Origin: Pavona decussata
Taxonomy: Eukaryota
Assembly (NCBI GenBank): GCA_977016875.1
Contig: CDRNST010000104.1
Span: 1,488,001 to 1,552,000, forward strand
Length of the DNA stretch: 64,000 nt
Direction: 5' to 3'
Notes under the pieces: generated by a model
The model's input: only the letters and a program-made list of their open reading frames with translations
Told to the model about the DNA's origin: nothing
Database searches by the model: none
Position numbers and translations under genes: made by a program
Shown: one piece after another, positions 60,134-64,000 of the stretch
Numbering within the stretch: the stretch's first letter is position 1
Layout of the letters: each line of letters opens with the position of its first letter

Positions 60134-62884
60134 AAATATGTCACCCGTCCTAGTCTTAACATAAGCTGTGAGCCGCTGAGCTATCTTTTAACTTATGAGT
60201 TATCAGTGCCTGATATTGCACAAGCCTTGGGTGTGTCAGAAAGTACCTTTTTTCAGATGCATGCGGAACTATGGGCTGTCAGTTTGGGGGAATGAGGCTG
60301 TTCTGTCTGATCAGGAGCTTGATGAGAAACTCAGAGAAATCCTTGAAGAATCTCCTAATGCAGGCTACTGCAGAGTTATTTCACAGCTTTCTGCAGCTGG
60401 CTTGAGACCACCACAACTAAAAGTTAGGGAATCAATGTGAAGGGTTGATCCCCAAGGAGTGGCCCTCAGATGGTTGACATTAACTCCACGAAGGCAGCAC
60501 AATGTTTCAGGACCATTAGCACTTTGGCATATTGATAGTAATTTTAAGCTCATTAGGTAAAAGTCTACAATTTTTTTGTGTCAGTTGTCATGCTCAACAG
60601 TTGAGAAGGAAGCCCGTATCTTTTGGGGTGGAAAAGGAGACCTCTTCCTCCTGCTCCCATGCATTCCCTGAGACAAGGGCTTCCCTACAGGATAACTAAT
60701 TTAATAATTGAAGTAATCATGATCCTTTAAAATTATATCTCTGCATGTGAAAGTTCTGTATTTATGATAGATAAGTAAGAGCTGAATGCCGAATGTTCTA
60801 CCCTTGCTTACTGTGAGGTGTTTGTACATAGTAATGAAAGAGAAATTGGTATTGAGGAGTAACTCTTTGGACAGTCTGTTAAGAAATGGTATGAGAATCA
60901 TTATATACCAGAAACAAAAATAATGTGGACAATGGTATTTGAAAGACTAAGTAATAGTAAATAAACCTAGGATAAAATATGTCGTTAAAAAGATGTATGT
61001 ACCCAAATATTATTAATAGCCAACCTGAATGTGTAATTTGATGCATTTATGTACATGCATTTACTATACGGGTGGAGATTGGACATCCATGGAGGGATAG
61101 ATGGATTCACAAGAATCCCAGTCAGTTTATTTAGAGGGCGGTGACAATAATCGAGCTGATACTGTCTTGGATGCCTTTATAAATGCAACGCAAGAGTATG
61201 GATTGCCTTCAAGACTTAGATCTGACAAGGGTGGAGAAAACACTACTGTTGATCTTTTTATGTTAGAACATCCTTTCAGGGGACCAGGAAGGGGCAGTAT
61301 GATCACGGGTAGAAGTGTTCATAATCAACGACTTGAAAGGTTGTGGCGTGATCTGTTTGAAGGAGTCACTTACATTTGCTACCACCTCCTCTATCATTTT
61401 GAGGATAATGGTGTGTTAGAAACATCAAATCCAATCCATTTGTTTTCTCTTCACTATGTGTACATCCCACGAATAAACAGGTACATTGAGAGATGGACAC
61501 AAGCTTTCATAAGGCATAGGATTAGAACGGCAGACAACAGAAGTCCCATGCAGCTTAACATTCTTGGTCTTCTCAACTAGAGGAATTTTCACCATGTAGC
61601 TGTTAATAATGTTTATGAACCAGTGACATTGGTATGAGCATTTCTATGAAAAGCAATTATTTACTACCAAGAGGCTACAATTAGCCTAAACTTGGGCCTG
61701 CAAAAATACAATTTTGTAAATTTAGCGCTAAACAAAGGAAAAGAGAGAAGTCTGTACTTCTTACATCTGGCACATTGTGCTCACTATGATGTTAGAGTCT
61801 ATTTGTTTGTACTGAATACCAATAGACCCTGTGAACACATTATCCCTTTAAAATTGGCGAACTGCTTTACAGCTGAACCATTGATAACAATAACAATGCT
61901 AGTCAAAAAATAATTTAGAAAAAGAGAAAAGGAAAAACAGCAGAAGTTGCCCCTACTGGGAATAAAACCCGAGTTATCTCCAACAGAAGCGGTTACGATG
62001 ACCACTACACTAAATACCATAAACTTAGCAAATGATGTGAAAATTAGTTATTTATTCCAAAATCACTAATAACATTGTTTACATCGATGGAAATTCATTT
62101 CTACTCAGCATTTGAGAAAGAAAACACTTATCAAACGAGGATTTATTATTTGGTCAGAGAAACCTCCAAAATTACTCATTGAAGCATGTCTCATAAAAAA
62201 ATGAAAGAGAACTGAAGCTCACTCAACTGCATGTCATGTCACTCAAATCACTTGCGCGACACGTGAAGATGACCGACTTTCTGTTAAACCCTTCTGTGCA
62301 GTTGTGCGTGTTGGACATGTGCACTTGGAAAATCGCGACACCAATACTAAAAAAGAATAACAGAACCAAATCCAAGACTTGGTGCCTTTCAGGCCCAAGT
62401 AATAATACTACTAGCTTCTATCACGAATACCATTCTCTGGTTGGCTAAGCTACTCGCTCTATTTTTCCTCCTGTCCCCAATTAGTTTACAGTAATTTAAA
62501 TTACATGAAACATGAGTATGCAAATCATACTGTAAAATGAAGTCCCCTTTGGGCTAGCTAAATTTCCCTGAGTCAATTCTAATCTTGTTTGTCCTTGGCA
62601 GAAAAGAAAGACAAAAATTGTACATGTTGTTCAAGGGTTTTCACTATTCCCCACAGGAGGACTTTCAACAGTATCGAATTGACTGGGATGGGCCACTTCC
62701 AGAAGAAGCTTCTTCAGATGGCGTGTTCATGGAGGTGCCAGAAACAGGTTGTCCATTAGGTCCAGATCAGTATCAGCAACTTGCCACCACAGTCCTTCCA
62801 CTAAGGGAAAGCAATTCTTATGCGATAGACATCTATTTAGAAACAGTAATGTTTGTTAACACTCATGCTGTAACTGCACCATAA
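60134..62884 (+). pseudogene. IS3EU-like integrase-core transposase, 3 exons, degraded
   Basis: HTH (DIAQALGVSEST), LWHIDSNFKLIR | WRLDIHGGIDGFTR, PSRLRSDKGGEN, GRSVHNQRLERLWRD, HRIRT | YRIDWDGP. Contains frameshifts and stops. Confidence 0.8.
61690..62400. mobile_element. Possible TIR element in an intron
   Basis: 11-bp inverted repeat ACTTGGGCCTG / CAGGCCCAAGT. No clear TSD. Confidence 0.35.
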
Positions 62885-63276
62885 GCTGACCTACCACTAC
62901 AACATCAGTAAAGTACATACAAATCTCCCAAGTGAACATAATGTGAGCTAGCTGATACTTCAATGGCAGGCATTGAAAGTTCTCACTTTTGTGAAAACAT
63001 TGCCAGCGATCAGTTAATGAAAAAGTGCCTAAATGAAATCAGGGAAACCTGGAGCTTTACTCAGTAATAACCTTATTACATACTTGGTACAGAAAATTCC
63101 CCCACATCGTTTAAGCAGTATGAATTCCATTTTCTGCATTCAATGTATTTTTAACTGTTGACTGTATGGCCACAACAAGAAGCATTAAAAAGTTGAGTAA
63201 GGTGACCTTTTATAGGGATAACCTCGCGGTCCCCCTTTTCAAATATGTATCGTATATCATGTTTCAAATTATAAAG

Positions 63277-63336
63277 TATTATTATTATTATATTATAAAT
63301 ATATTATTATTATTATTATTATTATTGTTGTTGTTG
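63277..63336 (+). repeat. (TAT)n/(TGT)n microsatellite
   Basis: Direct observation. Confidence 0.9.
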
Positions 63337-64000
63337 CTCTACAGGGTTTGAAATTCCAGTTAATTGCAAACAGAAATATTGAATTTCGTAGCAAAACCAA
63401 CCGTTACGTTGCGGCCTACTATGGCGATCTCGCAGGGCTCAAAGTCACGCACGACCACAACAGGTACTTCCATGGCCAGCATATTGCATGTTAATTTATT
63501 CTACGTTGGAGTGAAAGGCCAATTGAAACAACAGTGAAGTGTATTTCCTTGCAACTCTTCACAGCTAAGCACTACGGACCTTTTCTTTACAATTTATATT
63601 TACTGTTGTTTATTGTTTTTCTTCAACGAAGCAGCTTGTGGTGAATGACACTTTTTTCTTTCTTCTATGGTTATTAGGTTTTTGTCAGGGTTAGGATTAT
63701 TTATTAGTTATTAAAGGTAGTGTGTGGTGAAACGTACTTCGAATTTCAAGAGTCTGAATATGCCTTTAATCATTTTGTAATAATGTGAATGACTATAATG
63801 TAGGCAATATCTTTTTACAATGGACAACTTCCTGTATATTACAGAACTTCAAACATTTAGAAATCACGAATTAACTAAAGCATTTAACTTGTACATTTCA
63901 GCCATTAAAAACTGTAACAATTTTTACCATTAATATAAACTGTAACATTTTCAAATTTGTGCTATCCACTCCAGTCTACAAATACTTAACAACACTAAAA

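Noticed and set aside
63166-63351. Hydrophobic ORF with poly-Y and poly-L
   Set aside because: It is a translation of a (TAT)n microsatellite.
63343-63440. CAGGG hAT-like terminus
   Set aside because: No matching opposite end or 8-bp TSD was found within the window.

Overview
AT-rich eukaryotic (metazoan, most likely cnidarian/coral-like) DNA made almost entirely of nested transposable elements. No convincing host gene, RNA gene or CRISPR array was found. The centre is a three-level nest whose junctions can be verified by eye. (1) A degraded minus-strand gene encoding a SAP domain plus NHL beta-propeller (26.5-45.0 kb) is split by (2) a 16.3-kb EnSpm/CACTA element (27775-44035; CACAG termini, TCC target duplication; 7-exon transposase plus a divergent 5-exon SAM-domain gene). 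That element is itself split by (3) an apparently intact 5.5-kb Kolobok-type element (34353-39872; perfect 19-bp TIRs, TTAA duplication). The Kolobok 3-exon gene encodes a ~1066-aa DDE transposase fused to a DEDDh 3'-5' exonuclease, preceded by an N-terminus resembling a bipartite mitochondrial presequence. Elsewhere are two RTE LINEs with 7-bp TSDs (one with an intact ORF), an ISL2EU-like element, Crypton, Penelope, BEL/Pao, MULE, IS3EU-like and CR1/L2 remnants, an RPA-like OB-fold pseudogene, several MITEs and degenerate tandem arrays. Family names come from recalled motifs, not database searches.
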